Shown: positions 48,559 to 58,557 of the stretch, in pieces
Layout of the letters: each line of letters begins with the position of its first letter
Numbering within the stretch: the stretch's first letter is position 1
From: an uncultured bacterium
GTDB taxonomy: Bacteria > Krumholzibacteriota > Krumholzibacteriia > LZORAL124-64-63
Assembly: GCA_963732385.1 (NCBI GenBank)
Contig: CAVSZB010000007.1
Span: 384,001-448,000, forward strand
Reading direction: 5' to 3'
Length of the DNA stretch: 64,000 bases
Notes under the pieces: generated by a model
Told to the model about the DNA's origin: nothing
The model's input: the letters and a program-made list of their open reading frames with translations, nothing else
Databases searched by the model: none
Made by a program: the position numbers and the translations under genes

Positions 48559-51112
48559 GGCGTGGCGGGAGCGAGGGCGGGAGACGGCCGCTGCGGCCGC
48601 GCGCGGTGCGCCAGTGGAGCGCCCCCGTCCGCTCCCACTGCAGGCGCACGGTGCCGTCAAGGTCGGTGCGCAGCGGCACCAGGGTGTCGCCCCGGGCCAG
48701 GAAAGGTCCGTGACTCGGATGCCGGTGCCGGTTGGCCACACCGCAAGAGATCAGCACGAGCCGCGGTGTTGCGGCGTCGAGCAGAGCATCGCTGCCGCTC
48801 GTCGCGCTGCCGTGGTGCCCGGCCTTCCAGACCTGGAGCGGGCCGTCGCCAGCCAGGCCCCCGGTGGTCAGCAGCGACTCCTCCCCCGCCCGGCCGAGGT
48901 CGCCGGTCCAGAGCGCGATCGCGCGCCCTTCCCGGCGCAACACGAGCGACGGGGAGCGATCGTTGGCGTCACCGGGGTTCGCCAGACCGGGGTGCGCGCA
49001 AACCAGCGCCCAGCCGTCGGCGGCGTACAGCACATCGCCGGCGCGCGGCCTCCGCACCGCAGCTTTTGACGGCAGGTCGAGGGCGGCCGGATCGCAGTCG
49101 CCGGCGAGCCACCAGGCGTCGACTCGGCGCCGGGCGATCACCGTCGGGACGCCGCCAACATGATCGTCGTGCGCGTGGGTGATGACGACGGCGGCGAGCC
49201 GCCGCACCCCCTCGCGATCGAGCCACGGCCCCGGCACGCGCGCGAAGGCGCTGCCGGTGGTGAGGCTCGGACCGGTATCGATCAGCACGGCGGCGCGGTC
49301 AGGAAACACCAGCACGGCGCAATCTCCCTGCCCTACGGCGAACTGCATCGCCGTCATGGCGCTGCGGGGCGCGGCCCGGCCCCACGGCAGGAGCGCGAGC
49401 ATCGCCATGGCGCCGGCCAGCAGCCCGAGCGCCGAGCGGCGGGGCGCGTCGGCGCAATGGCGCAGGCAGAAGCCGAGCCAGACCGAAGCGAGCAACAGGC
49501 CTGCCAGCCGCAGCGGGCCCAGTGGCGGCGCGCCGAAACTCGCGCCGGAGACCCGGTCAAGCAGGCCGGCGCTCGCCTCGAGCAGCCGCGCCAACAGCCA
49601 GCAGTCGGCGAACAGCGCCTGGGCAAGGCCGCAATGGAACGACGCCGCAGCCAGCCCCAGACTGGCCAGCCAGACGATGCCGGTGAAGAGTGGCACGGCC
49701 CAGAGATTGACTAAGGGCGACAGCAGGTTGAGCCTGCCGAAGCAGGCCGCCGTGTCAGGCAGAGTGAACCACTGCGCCCCGAGAGTGACGGCCAGCCCTA
49801 ACGACAGCCAGCGCCAGCGCCTCGGCGCAGCCCGCCAGAGCGGACCTGCCCCACGGAGGGTCGCCACCAGGCCGACAGCCGCCAGATAGGAGAGCCGACA
49901 GCCGGCATCGAGCACAATCCAGGGCTGGGCCTGCAGGGTGAGCCAGAACAGGACCCCCAGAACGTGCAGCGGATCGGTGCGGCGGCCCAGCAGCGGCGCG
50001 GCCAACGCCAGCAGACCGAGCGCCACCGCCCGCAACACCGACCCGGTCAGGCCCGACAGCACGGCGTAGGCTGGCAGAGTCGCCAGCGCGACGCAGAAGC
50101 GGGCGCCGGGTCCCGGTCGCAGCGGCCGGGCGAGCGTGAACAGCACCGCCACGATGATGCCGACGTTCAGGCCACTGACCGCGAACAGGTGGGCCAGGCC
50201 GATCCGCGCCATCGGCGCCTGGTTGGCGCGGGCCGCCGCGTCGCGCTCCCCCAGCAGCACCGAACCGAGCAGTCCCGATTCGCGCGGCGGCAGGTTGCGA
50301 TCGAGGGTGTCGAGGATCCAATCGTGAAGGGCGCTCAACGCCGATCCTGCCGGCGCGCGCCAGCGGTCCGGGGGGGCCGCGGCCGGAGGATTCGCAGGAT
50401 CGGCGCCGCGCCAGCGTCCTTCCCAGAGCGTCCCGCGCCCGGCGAGAAAGCGGGCCATATCGAAGCCGCCCGAGCAGACACTGCCGGCCGGCGGCCCCGC
50501 CTCGAGCAGGCCGGCCAGGACGGCGCCGAACCGGGGGGCTTCGCCACGGCCGTGCAGCAGGACGGCGTCGCCGGGAAGGGGGGGTGGGGAGGCATCGCCG
50601 GCGAGGCGCCGCCCCAGCGCCAGCACCACGGCTGGGGCGGTCCAGGCGTCTGTGCGCTGATCCGCCCACCCGGTCACCCGCACGCAGGCCCCCGCGCGCC
50701 AGACCCGTCGGCGGCTGGGGGTCCAGGGGGTGATGGCGCAGGCCTCGGCGCGCGCCCGGCGGGTCCGGACCTCGCCGCGTCCATGCGCGAAGGCGGCGAC
50801 TGCGGTGGCGCTCCAGATCGCGACATCCCAGACGCCTGGCGGCCGCAGGACCAGGGCCGCGGGAAGCAGACCGGCCAGACGCAGCGCGCGGTTGTCGGGG
50901 GGACGCGCGGCGGCGGGAACCACGAGGGGGACGGCGCCTCCGCGCCAACCACCGGCCGCGAAGGCAAGCAGCCAGATCAGGGCCCAGACGAGCGGCCAGC
51001 GGCGGCGGGCCGCAACGGCCGCGCGGCGCAGCTGCCCGCGGGGGGTCAGCCGGACGGATGGATCGGTGGCGCCAGGATGTGCGGTTCCCCCTGAGGATTC
51101 CAGAAGGTGCAC
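48533..51112 (-). CDS. comEC: ComEC/Rec2 competence protein with metallo-beta-lactamase domain
   Basis: GLAHLFAVSGLNVG, SVLRA, LSYLA, AVGQGD, IDTG, THAHDDHVGG, GHHGS, ISCG..NRHRHP. Start uncertain. Confidence 0.88.
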   Translation of the reverse strand: MHLLESSGGTAHPGATDPSVRLTPRGQLRRAAVAARRRWPLVWALIWLLAFAAGGWRGGAVPLVVPAAARPPDNRALRLAGLLPAALVLRPPGVWDVAIWSATAVAAFAHGRGEVRTRRARAEACAITPWTPSRRRVWRAGACVRVTGWADQRTDAWTAPAVVLALGRRLAGDASPPPLPGDAVLLHGRGEAPRFGAVLAGLLEAGPPAGSVCSGGFDMARFLAGRGTLWEGRWRGADPANPPAAAPPDRWRAPAGSALSALHDWILDTLDRNLPPRESGLLGSVLLGERDAAARANQAPMARIGLAHLFAVSGLNVGIIVAVLFTLARPLRPGPGARFCVALATLPAYAVLSGLTGSVLRAVALGLLALAAPLLGRRTDPLHVLGVLFWLTLQAQPWIVLDAGCRLSYLAAVGLVATLRGAGPLWRAAPRRWRWLSLGLAVTLGAQWFTLPDTAACFGRLNLLSPLVNLWAVPLFTGIVWLASLGLAAASFHCGLAQALFADCWLLARLLEASAGLLDRVSGASFGAPPLGPLRLAGLLLASVWLGFCLRHCADAPRRSALGLLAGAMAMLALLPWGRAAPRSAMTAMQFAVGQGDCAVLVFPDRAAVLIDTGPSLTTGSAFARVPGPWLDREGVRRLAAVVITHAHDDHVGGVPTVIARRRVDAWWLAGDCDPAALDLPSKAAVRRPRAGDVLYAADGWALVCAHPGLANPGDANDRSPSLVLRREGRAIALWTGDLGRAGEESLLTTGGLAGDGPLQVWKAGHHGSATSGSDALLDAATPRLVLISCGVANRHRHPSHGPFLARGDTLVPLRTDLDGTVRLQWERTGALHWRTARGRSGRLPPSLPPRLDTPRAPP

Positions 51113-52464
51113 CGATTGCGTCCCCCGCGCTTCGACAGGTAGAGCATGCCGTCAGCCTTGCGATAGAGCTCGGCCGGATCGATGCCCCCCTCGGGAAAGG
51201 TCACTCCACCGTAGGAGAGGGTGACAGCCTGCGGTTCGGCCGCCCCGGGAAAGTTGAAGCGCATCCGGTCGATCCGCTCCAGCAGCCGCTGGCATACCTC
51301 CTGGGCGGCCGCCGGCTGGGTGTCAGGCAGGATCAGGGCGAACTCCTCACCGCCGATCCGGCAGACCAGATCGATCCGGCGCAGCCCGCCGAGCAGCTCC
51401 CGCGCCACCGTGCGCAGCACCTCGTCTCCGACCGGATGGCCCCAGTTGTCGTTGATCCGCTTGAAGTGGTCGATGTCGGCCAGGACCAGCGCCAGCGGCG
51501 ATTCCCGCCGGCGCGCGCGTTCGATCTCGAGCCCGAGTTGCCCGTCGAAATAGGCCCGGTTGTGCACGCCGGTCAGGCTGTCGGAGTGAACCAGCCGGCT
51601 CATATCGAGATGCTGTCGCCAACGGGTGGTGACAAAGCGGCTGATCAGGCGGGCATCGTGCAGCAGGCGTGCGCGGGACGTGGCCTGGGACGCCGACAAC
51701 AGCAGCAGGCCCGCCTCCCCGGCCCGGACCTCCTCTTCCAACGGGGCGAGCAGCGGCACCGCCGCGGCGCCGGAAAAATTGAGTTCCCCGGTCCCGTCAA
51801 GCACGCGGCGCAGTGCGGGCGGCAGGTCGGCAGCGGTCGTGAACCAGACGGCGCCGCCCGCGGGGCGATTGGAGGCCCAGAGGGGGGCACCGGGGCCGCT
51901 CACCAGTGGCGCCACGCGGCGCGGGACCAGACCTGGATCGAGGTCCCCGGCGAGCAGCACGCCGAGCCGTCGTTGCGGCAGGGCGCGGGCGAGCAGGCTA
52001 AGAATCCCCTCCAGAACCGCCTGCCGGTGCGCATCGCGCGGCTCCCCCATGGCCAGCGCCTGCGCCTGCTCCATGGCCAGCAGAAGCGCCGGCAGCCCGT
52101 CGGAGGCGGGCGGGCCGGCGAGGGACGCCGGGGGCGCAGGCTCCGGCTTCGGCGACATGGTGGGCGCGGCCACCAGCGGCAACCCGGGCGGCAAGCCGGA
52201 GCGCGAAAGCGCGGAGAGGTCGAGCACATGGGCGTTGCCGCGCAATACGAACAGGGCGCCCGGCTCACGTGAGCCTTCGATCGCCACCTGGATCAGATCG
52301 CCGCGGCGGACCAGCTCCCCCGCCACCGCCCGGGCCACCCGCAGCTGTCGCGCCGCATCGCCACTGGCGACCGCCTGCCGCGCCCCCCGGCGCAGCACTG
52401 GGCCAACGGAATCGAGGGGAAGCAGCCGGGTCAGCAGTTTCAGGGCGTCAGGTCTGTGGGACAA
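51046..52464 (-). CDS. Diguanylate cyclase (GGDEF) with uncharacterised N-terminal region
   Basis: DSLTGVHNR, DIDHFKRINDNWGH..GD, RRID I-site, RIGGEEF, ADGMLY.SK..GRN. Confidence 0.9.
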   Translation of the reverse strand: MSHRPDALKLLTRLLPLDSVGPVLRRGARQAVASGDAARQLRVARAVAGELVRRGDLIQVAIEGSREPGALFVLRGNAHVLDLSALSRSGLPPGLPLVAAPTMSPKPEPAPPASLAGPPASDGLPALLLAMEQAQALAMGEPRDAHRQAVLEGILSLLARALPQRRLGVLLAGDLDPGLVPRRVAPLVSGPGAPLWASNRPAGGAVWFTTAADLPPALRRVLDGTGELNFSGAAAVPLLAPLEEEVRAGEAGLLLLSASQATSRARLLHDARLISRFVTTRWRQHLDMSRLVHSDSLTGVHNRAYFDGQLGLEIERARRRESPLALVLADIDHFKRINDNWGHPVGDEVLRTVARELLGGLRRIDLVCRIGGEEFALILPDTQPAAAQEVCQRLLERIDRMRFNFPGAAEPQAVTLSYGGVTFPEGGIDPAELYRKADGMLYLSKRGGRNRCTFWNPQGEPHILAPPIHPSG

Positions 52465-52678
52465 CGCTGGGTACTCCCGGGTTGCAGCGCAGGCGGTTTT
52501 CCCTTGACCGGAAGGGCGCGTGTCACTTAGATGAACTGGTCAATTATCTCACATCGACCGGGCGCTGGCAACGGGCGCCCGCCGCCCGGCGCATCTGCTC
52601 ACGCGCAGAACGGGCCCCAGGACCATGCCCCGTGGGCCGCCAGAGCTGGAAGCTCGAGCCGCCGGAGGAACGTCAAGG

Positions 52679-54463
52679 ATGACTATTGCTCCCTGTCACC
52701 AGGGCACGACGCCCATCCGGGGCCGTGGTCCCGCGGCCCTGATCTGTCCGCTGTTGTGCCTGTTGTACCTGCCGGTCGGGTGCGCTGGCCAGAGGACTCC
52801 TCCCCCGTCTACGTCTACATCGCCTCCATTCGTGGGCGAACTGCCGACGGGACCGGCCGAGACTTCCGAGTCCTGGTGGGATTCGTTGGTCTCGCCTGAC
52901 ATCTCTCCCGAACGGTCCGCCTGGTTCGATGTGCATCCCGAGGTGGCGGAACTAGAAGATGCCCACCGGCAGATCGTGGCGTTGCTGGCGCGCGGCCTGC
53001 TCGATCCGGCGGACGATCTGCTCTATCTCCTGCGCAAGCAGATGGCAGTCGGCTCGGTGACTGACGACGACAGTCTCTCCACCGCCTACCGCCAGAGTCT
53101 CGACCGGCGGCTGATCCTGCTGGCCGGGCTGCTCGCGGAAGAGCACGCCATGCGCGGGGAATCGACGCCCGCGGACTCGCTGCTGGAGGAAGCGTACGCC
53201 GACATTCGGGGGCTGGTCCTGCCCGACACCATCGCTCCGGTGCCGCTGGAGGCGCGTCGGGCGATGGCCGAACTGCTCCGTCTGGACAACGATCGCGTGC
53301 AGGAGTGGCTCGCCTATTTCTGCGGGCCGGGCCGCAAGCACTTCGATCGCTGGCTGGAGCGCAAGTCGGTAATCGAGACCACGGTGACCGATATTCTGGC
53401 CGAGGCGGGGCTGCCGCCCGAACTGCTCTACATGAGCGTCATCGAGAGTGGCCTCAACGCCCATGCCCGCTCGCGCGTCGGCGCGGTCGGCTACTGGCAG
53501 TTCATGCCCGGCACGGCGCGCCATTTCTCGCTGCGGCACGACACCTGGGTGGACGAGCGGCGCGACCTGGACCGCTCGACCCGGGCTGCCGCCACCTATG
53601 TCACGCAACTCTACAACTACTTCCAGGACTGGGCGCTCGTGCTGGCGGCCTACAACGCTGGCGAGGGACGGATCGATCGGATGATCCGACGCGCCGGCCA
53701 TCGCGATTACTGGCGGTTGCCGCTGCCGGCGGAGACGCGCAACCACATTCCGAAGTTCATCGCCGCCTACCGTATCGCCAGCGATCCGACGCAATACGGG
53801 TTCGCCGCCATCCCCTCCACGCCCCTCGTCTGCGATTCGATACAGGTGGATGACGCGACCGACCTGAAAGTGATCGCCCGTTGCGCCGGAGTGTCGGCAG
53901 ACACGCTGCGCACGCTCAATGCCGCGTTGGTGCGCGGCGTGACGCCGCCTGGCGGCCGGAACTGGACAGTGCGGGTTCCGCTCGGCACCGGCGAGCAGTG
54001 CCGGCAGAAGCTGGCCGCGGTCCCCGCCGCCGAGCGGGTCGTCTGGACCAGCCACACGGTGCGCAAGGGCGACACGCTGGGCAGCATCGCGCGCCGCTAC
54101 GGCACGACCGTGGCGCAGCTGCGCGAGGTCAATCGGCTCAACCGTTCCGGCCTGATCCACCCGGGGGATGTCCTGCAGATCCCGCAGGGCGCCGGCGGCG
54201 GACCCGGAGCCAGGGACGCGGTCGTGGCGACGTCAGCCGCCCGCAAGACGACCGGGAAAACCGGCCGCGCGGCGGTGGCTACGCCCGAGGGTTATGAGCA
54301 GATCTCCTACAGGGTGCAGCGGGGGGACACTCTGGGGGCCATCGCCCGCAGGCTGGGAGTGTCCCTGGATCATCTGCGGCAGGTGAATAACCTGAAACGG
54401 AGCAGCCTGATCCGGCCGGGCCAGCGTCTGATCGCCCACCGCCGGCCGGCGCGGGCCGGTTGA
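52679..54463 (+). CDS. MltD-like lytic transglycosylase with two LysM domains, probable lipoprotein
   Basis: PVG-C lipobox-like site, IESG, GYWQFMPGTA, DERRD, LAAYNAGEG, ETRNHIPK, HTVRKGDTL and YRVQRGDTL LysM motifs; GGAGGA RBS. Confidence 0.9.
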   Translation: MTIAPCHQGTTPIRGRGPAALICPLLCLLYLPVGCAGQRTPPPSTSTSPPFVGELPTGPAETSESWWDSLVSPDISPERSAWFDVHPEVAELEDAHRQIVALLARGLLDPADDLLYLLRKQMAVGSVTDDDSLSTAYRQSLDRRLILLAGLLAEEHAMRGESTPADSLLEEAYADIRGLVLPDTIAPVPLEARRAMAELLRLDNDRVQEWLAYFCGPGRKHFDRWLERKSVIETTVTDILAEAGLPPELLYMSVIESGLNAHARSRVGAVGYWQFMPGTARHFSLRHDTWVDERRDLDRSTRAAATYVTQLYNYFQDWALVLAAYNAGEGRIDRMIRRAGHRDYWRLPLPAETRNHIPKFIAAYRIASDPTQYGFAAIPSTPLVCDSIQVDDATDLKVIARCAGVSADTLRTLNAALVRGVTPPGGRNWTVRVPLGTGEQCRQKLAAVPAAERVVWTSHTVRKGDTLGSIARRYGTTVAQLREVNRLNRSGLIHPGDVLQIPQGAGGGPGARDAVVATSAARKTTGKTGRAAVATPEGYEQISYRVQRGDTLGAIARRLGVSLDHLRQVNNLKRSSLIRPGQRLIAHRRPARAG

Positions 54464-54482
54464 ACGACCGGGATGGCGGCGC

Positions 54483-55538
54483 CTAGAAACGGGCGCCGAG
54501 GCTGATGCGGTGGGTCACCTCGTCGATGTCGAGCGTATCCCCGGCGTAAGCGTAGTCGATGGTGAGCCGGTCGAGCCGGAAACCGGCGCCGGCCGTCAAA
54601 TCCCCGCTGCCGAAACCGCTGTCGAATCCCCCCCGCAGGAAGACCCGTTCGCGGAAGCCGATCTCCATGCCCAGATGAAGGTTGGCGCCGATATCGCCCC
54701 AGGCGAACTGATCGGCCTTGCCGCGGTCCTCGAACCGGGTCTCGAGCGCCGACGCCAGCAGCAGGCTGGCGTTCCAGCGCGGCAGAGGCTGGCGCCAGGC
54801 CAGACCCGGCACCAGGGCCGGGACGATGACTTCGTTTTTCCCCGTGCTCCAGGAGAGATAGGTGGAGGTCGCGTCCTGCAGCTTTACGCCGAAGTCGAGC
54901 CGCCGCCAGACGCCTGGACGCAGGGCGGCGGCGTCGAAGCCGATGCCGGTGCTGGAGTATTCCCCCACGCTCTGGCGGATGAACTTCAGCGAACCGCCGA
55001 AGCGCCAGGCGCCGCGGCGTTCACCGTAGGAGATCAACAACGCCAGTTCCGAGTCGCTCTTGAAGCGGATCTGGTCCTGCAGTTCGAACAGGCCGAGCAA
55101 TTCCTCGTCGTCGACAATGCCATCGCCGTTGTTGTCGAGCTGGCTGCGCAGGTGCTCAGTGAACGGGATATCATCCACCCCGAGCCGGATCATCGAGACC
55201 CCCACCCCCGCCTCCTCGCCGCCGAGCAGGGCCCAGGTGACCGGCTGGACGTAGGCGGCAAAATCCCGGTCGACCAGCCCGCCGAACCGCTCCTCGTGCA
55301 TCAGCAGCAGCTGGCGCGCGGTGATGGTCGAAAGGCCGGCAGGATTCCAGAAGGTGGCCGAGGCATCGTCGGCCACGGCGGTGAAGGCGCCGCCGAGGGC
55401 CATGGCGCGCGCACCGCCCCCGCTCTCCATGAAAGCGCCGGCGAACTTGGCCGCAGCGACCGGTCGGGCGGCAAGCCCGAGCGAGGCAAGGAACACCAGA
55501 ACCGCCACCGGGCTGGGAGCGCGCAACGCTTTCAACAT
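54483..55538 (-). CDS. PorV/PorQ-like (UPF0164) outer-membrane beta-barrel protein
   Basis: Signal peptide, GARAMALGGAFTAVADDASATFWNPAGL, and C-terminal IDYAY...THRISLGARF ending in Phe. Confidence 0.8.
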   Translation of the reverse strand: MLKALRAPSPVAVLVFLASLGLAARPVAAAKFAGAFMESGGGARAMALGGAFTAVADDASATFWNPAGLSTITARQLLLMHEERFGGLVDRDFAAYVQPVTWALLGGEEAGVGVSMIRLGVDDIPFTEHLRSQLDNNGDGIVDDEELLGLFELQDQIRFKSDSELALLISYGERRGAWRFGGSLKFIRQSVGEYSSTGIGFDAAALRPGVWRRLDFGVKLQDATSTYLSWSTGKNEVIVPALVPGLAWRQPLPRWNASLLLASALETRFEDRGKADQFAWGDIGANLHLGMEIGFRERVFLRGGFDSGFGSGDLTAGAGFRLDRLTIDYAYAGDTLDIDEVTHRISLGARF

Positions 55539-55604
55539 CGGACATCCTCACTGACCAGGGGGATGGTCCCGGGTTACGGGCGACCGCCGGCCGCCAGCGC
55601 CTTC

Positions 55605-55638
55605 ATTATAGTATAGGACCGTCGACGGCCGACGCAAA
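55605..55638 (-). promoter_or_regulatory. Putative sigma70-type promoter for the PorV-like gene
   Basis: TTTGCG-N17-TATACT, with an overlapping TATAAT. Confidence 0.5.
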
Positions 55639-55644
55639 CAGTCG

Positions 55645-57138
55645 CTACAAACCGTACTTGCGGATCTTGCGGTACAGCGTCCGCTCGCTGATGCCAAGCC
55701 GTTCGGCGGCGAGACGTCTGCGGCCGTCGGCCCCTTTCAACGCGGTTTCGATCAACTGGCGCGACAGGGTCTCCAGATCGCCTCCCCGCATCGCCGGAAT
55801 CGGGCTGTACCCCGTCTCGCCGGCGAACGTGTCGACCACACCGCCCCCGAGGATCGGCTGGCCCGCGGCCGGCGTCCCCTTCGCCAGCAGCAGTTCCTTG
55901 ATCTCCTTCACGTCCCGCCGCAGTTCGAGCAGGGTCTGCAGAGTCAGCTCCCGCTCCAAATCGAGTGGATCGGAATGCAGCCGCACCGGCAGCCGGGTGG
56001 GATCGCCCGCGGTGAAGCGCACGTCGGACGGCAGATCGTCGGCTTCGATCATCCCGGCCTGCTTGAGCACCACGATGGAGCTGATCACGTTGCGCAACTC
56101 GCGCACGTTGCCGGGCCAGCCGTGCGCCTCCAGCAACTGCATTGCCGGGCGCGAAATGCCGCGGACCGCCAGCCCGTGGCGGCTGTTTTCCTGCGCCAGG
56201 AAGGTCTCCGCCAGCACCGGAATGTCCTCCCGACGCTCCCGCAGCGGCGGAATCGGGATCACGACCACCCGCAGGCGGTAGTAGAGGTCCTGCCGGAAAC
56301 GGCCCGCCTCAACCTCGCGGCCAAGATCGCGATGCGTGGCGGCGACGAGGCGGATATCGCTGCGCAGGGTCTCGCTGCCGCCCACCGGCGTGAACTCCCC
56401 GGTCTCGAGAGCGCGCAGGAACCGCGTCTGCATGCCCAGCGGCAGTTCCGCCAGTTCATCGAGGAAGAGAGTGCCTCCGTCAGCGCGTTTGAAAACGCCG
56501 TCGTGACGGGTCACCGCGCCGGTGAAGGCGCCCCGCGCGTGCCCGAAAAGTTCGCTCTCGAGGACCCCCTCGCTCATCGCGCCGCAGTTGAGGCTGACGT
56601 AGGGGCCGGCGCGGCGGGCGGAATGCTCGTGGATGGCGCGGGCCACCAGTTCCTTGCCGGTGCCGCTCTCCCCCTGGATCAGAATGCTGACGTTGAGCGG
56701 TGCCGCCTGGGCGATGAGCGCGATGACTCCCGCCACGGCGCGCGAGCGACCGACGATTCCACTGCGCTGCCGTACGGCGCGTAACCGCAACTGTCGCTCC
56801 ACGACCGCGCGCAGTTCGACGGCCGGAACCCCTGGGTCGAGCCGCACCACGTCTCCGGTCGGTCGGGCGCCGTCGGCGGCGGTGGCCAGCGCCGGCTCGC
56901 CCAGCAGGACCAGATCGGCATCGCCCGGCAGCGACAGGAACTTGCGGATCACATGCCGGGAACGAGCGTAACCGGCCGTGTCGAACAGCAGCAGCGCGCC
57001 GCGGCCGTCGGCCAGCCGGGCCAGCGCCTCCGAGGGGGACTCGTAGGCGTGCAGTTCGACGCCCGGCAGGCGCCAGTCGGCCACCATCCGCAGCCGTGCG
57101 GGATCCCTGCCGAGCATCACGAGCTGGAACGGGCGCAA
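55645..57138 (-). CDS. sigma54-dependent transcriptional activator (bEBP) with degenerate receiver-like N-terminus
   Basis: GESGTGKE, ESELFGH..GAFTGA, GTLFLDE, FRQDLYYRL, WPGNVREL, Fis-type HTH LGISERTLYRK. Confidence 0.92.
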   Translation of the reverse strand: MRPFQLVMLGRDPARLRMVADWRLPGVELHAYESPSEALARLADGRGALLLFDTAGYARSRHVIRKFLSLPGDADLVLLGEPALATAADGARPTGDVVRLDPGVPAVELRAVVERQLRLRAVRQRSGIVGRSRAVAGVIALIAQAAPLNVSILIQGESGTGKELVARAIHEHSARRAGPYVSLNCGAMSEGVLESELFGHARGAFTGAVTRHDGVFKRADGGTLFLDELAELPLGMQTRFLRALETGEFTPVGGSETLRSDIRLVAATHRDLGREVEAGRFRQDLYYRLRVVVIPIPPLRERREDIPVLAETFLAQENSRHGLAVRGISRPAMQLLEAHGWPGNVRELRNVISSIVVLKQAGMIEADDLPSDVRFTAGDPTRLPVRLHSDPLDLERELTLQTLLELRRDVKEIKELLLAKGTPAAGQPILGGGVVDTFAGETGYSPIPAMRGGDLETLSRQLIETALKGADGRRRLAAERLGISERTLYRKIRKYGL

Positions 57139-57229
57139 GTGCCACCTCCCGACCCCGTCACACGGGGCGCGACTGCATGATACAACGGTGGCCGGTGGTG
57201 TGCAGCGATTTTGCGGTGTGCCGCGGGAC

Positions 57230-57640
57230 TCAGGTGGCGGGAAACAGCTGTTCCAGCTTGCCCCGGATCCCGGCGAGATCGAAAGGCTTGGTCAGATAGC
57301 CGCGGGCACCCAGCTTGACAGCTTCCGCCACGTAACGGCGATCGCTGAAGGAGGTGCTCATCAGCACGCGGGCGTCGGGGCTGTGACCGAGGATCGCGGC
57401 AAGCGCCGCGATCCCGTCCATGCCCGGCATCGCGATGTCCAGGGTGATGAGGTCGGGCGTCAGCGCCTCGTTCAGGGCCACTGCCTCGGCGCCGTCGGCG
57501 GCGGTGCCGACGACCTTGAGGCCCAGCTTGTCGAGCATGCCTGCCAGGAGGGTCCGGATGAAGCGTTCGTCATCGACCACCAGCACGCGGCGGCCCGCAT
57601 ACGGGGGGGCGATGGACGGCTGCGCGTCCCCGCCGGTCAT
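57230..57640 (-). CDS. Single-domain CheY-like response regulator
   Basis: VLVVDD, DLITLDIAMPGMDG, MSTS, YLTKPF. ATGA overlap with the upstream HDOD gene. Confidence 0.88.
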   Translation of the reverse strand: MTGGDAQPSIAPPYAGRRVLVVDDERFIRTLLAGMLDKLGLKVVGTAADGAEAVALNEALTPDLITLDIAMPGMDGIAALAAILGHSPDARVLMSTSFSDRRYVAEAVKLGARGYLTKPFDLAGIRGKLEQLFPAT

Positions 57641-58542
57641 ACGATATCCAGGTAGGCGTGGGCGCGTTGGAGATCGTCGATCAGTTGCGGAAACTGCTCT
57701 TCGATCGTGGCGGGGGAAAGTTCCAGACGCAGCAAAAGAGGTCCCGATTCGACCGTCGACGCCACGAAGCCCAGATCGCAGGCGGGGGGATCGAGACGGT
57801 ACGCCACGCGGTCGGCCAGCGCCACACAGAGGCGCACCCGCTCCAGGCGGTTGTCGTCGCGCGGGCCGAGAAACCGGTCGTGGTGGCAGCGGGCCCCTTC
57901 GGTAAGCACCTCGGGGAAATGCCAGCTGAGTCCGAAGGCGGCGCCGGCAGCGGCGTGATCGAAGCCTAAATGTTCCGCCTCCACTTCCACGAGCGTGCGA
58001 CCGGTCTGCCGGCGTGCCGCGATGGTCGTGGCATAGGAATCGGGCATGGCGCACAGCAGGGCGAACTTGCCGAGATCGTGCAGGAGTCCGGCGGTGAACA
58101 CTTCGTCGGGATTCGGATCGCCAGTTATCAGCGCCAGCCGTTTCGCCACCACCCCGGCCACGACTGAGTGCCGCCACAGGGCGCGATAGTCAGGTCCGCC
58201 GCGCCGACGCGAGTGGTCGCGTACCAGATTCGTGGCCACCGCGACGCAGATCGCGAGCTGCTTGATCGCTTCGAAGCCGATCACCGACACCGCGGTGCCG
58301 ATGTCGGCGATGCTCTGGCCGCTGCTGCTGTAATAGGGCGAATTGGTCAGGCGGAGCACCTTGACGGAGAGCGGGGCGTCGAGGCGCACGACGTTCGCCA
58401 GGGTTTCGCTGGTGCTGAGGGGATCGTCCACGATCTGCCAGATTCGCACGAGCGTCTCGGGCACGGTCGGCAGATCGTCAATCATGCGCAGCAGCGCCGT
58501 GAAGCGTGGGTCGGTGGTCGTGTCCAGAGCGCCGCCCTCCAC
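57637..58542 (-). CDS. HDOD-domain protein
   Basis: LPTVP, DAPLSVKVLRLTNSPYY, WRHS, AGLLHDLGK, GFDHA, W.FP. Confidence 0.9.
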   Translation of the reverse strand: MEGGALDTTTDPRFTALLRMIDDLPTVPETLVRIWQIVDDPLSTSETLANVVRLDAPLSVKVLRLTNSPYYSSSGQSIADIGTAVSVIGFEAIKQLAICVAVATNLVRDHSRRRGGPDYRALWRHSVVAGVVAKRLALITGDPNPDEVFTAGLLHDLGKFALLCAMPDSYATTIAARRQTGRTLVEVEAEHLGFDHAAAGAAFGLSWHFPEVLTEGARCHHDRFLGPRDDNRLERVRLCVALADRVAYRLDPPACDLGFVASTVESGPLLLRLELSPATIEEQFPQLIDDLQRAHAYLDIV

Positions 58543-58557
58543 GTTCGCCTCCCCGGC

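Noticed and set aside
52504..52550. Possible promoter or operator in the divergent cyclase/mltD gap (TTGACC, and a TGA-N5-TCA dyad)
   Set aside because: There is no properly spaced TAnnnT -10 box and the dyad is too weak to call.
57189..57204. Plus-strand GG-N10-GC sigma54-like sequence
   Set aside because: Poor match outside the GG and GC dinucleotides, and it points away from the neighbouring minus-strand gene starts.
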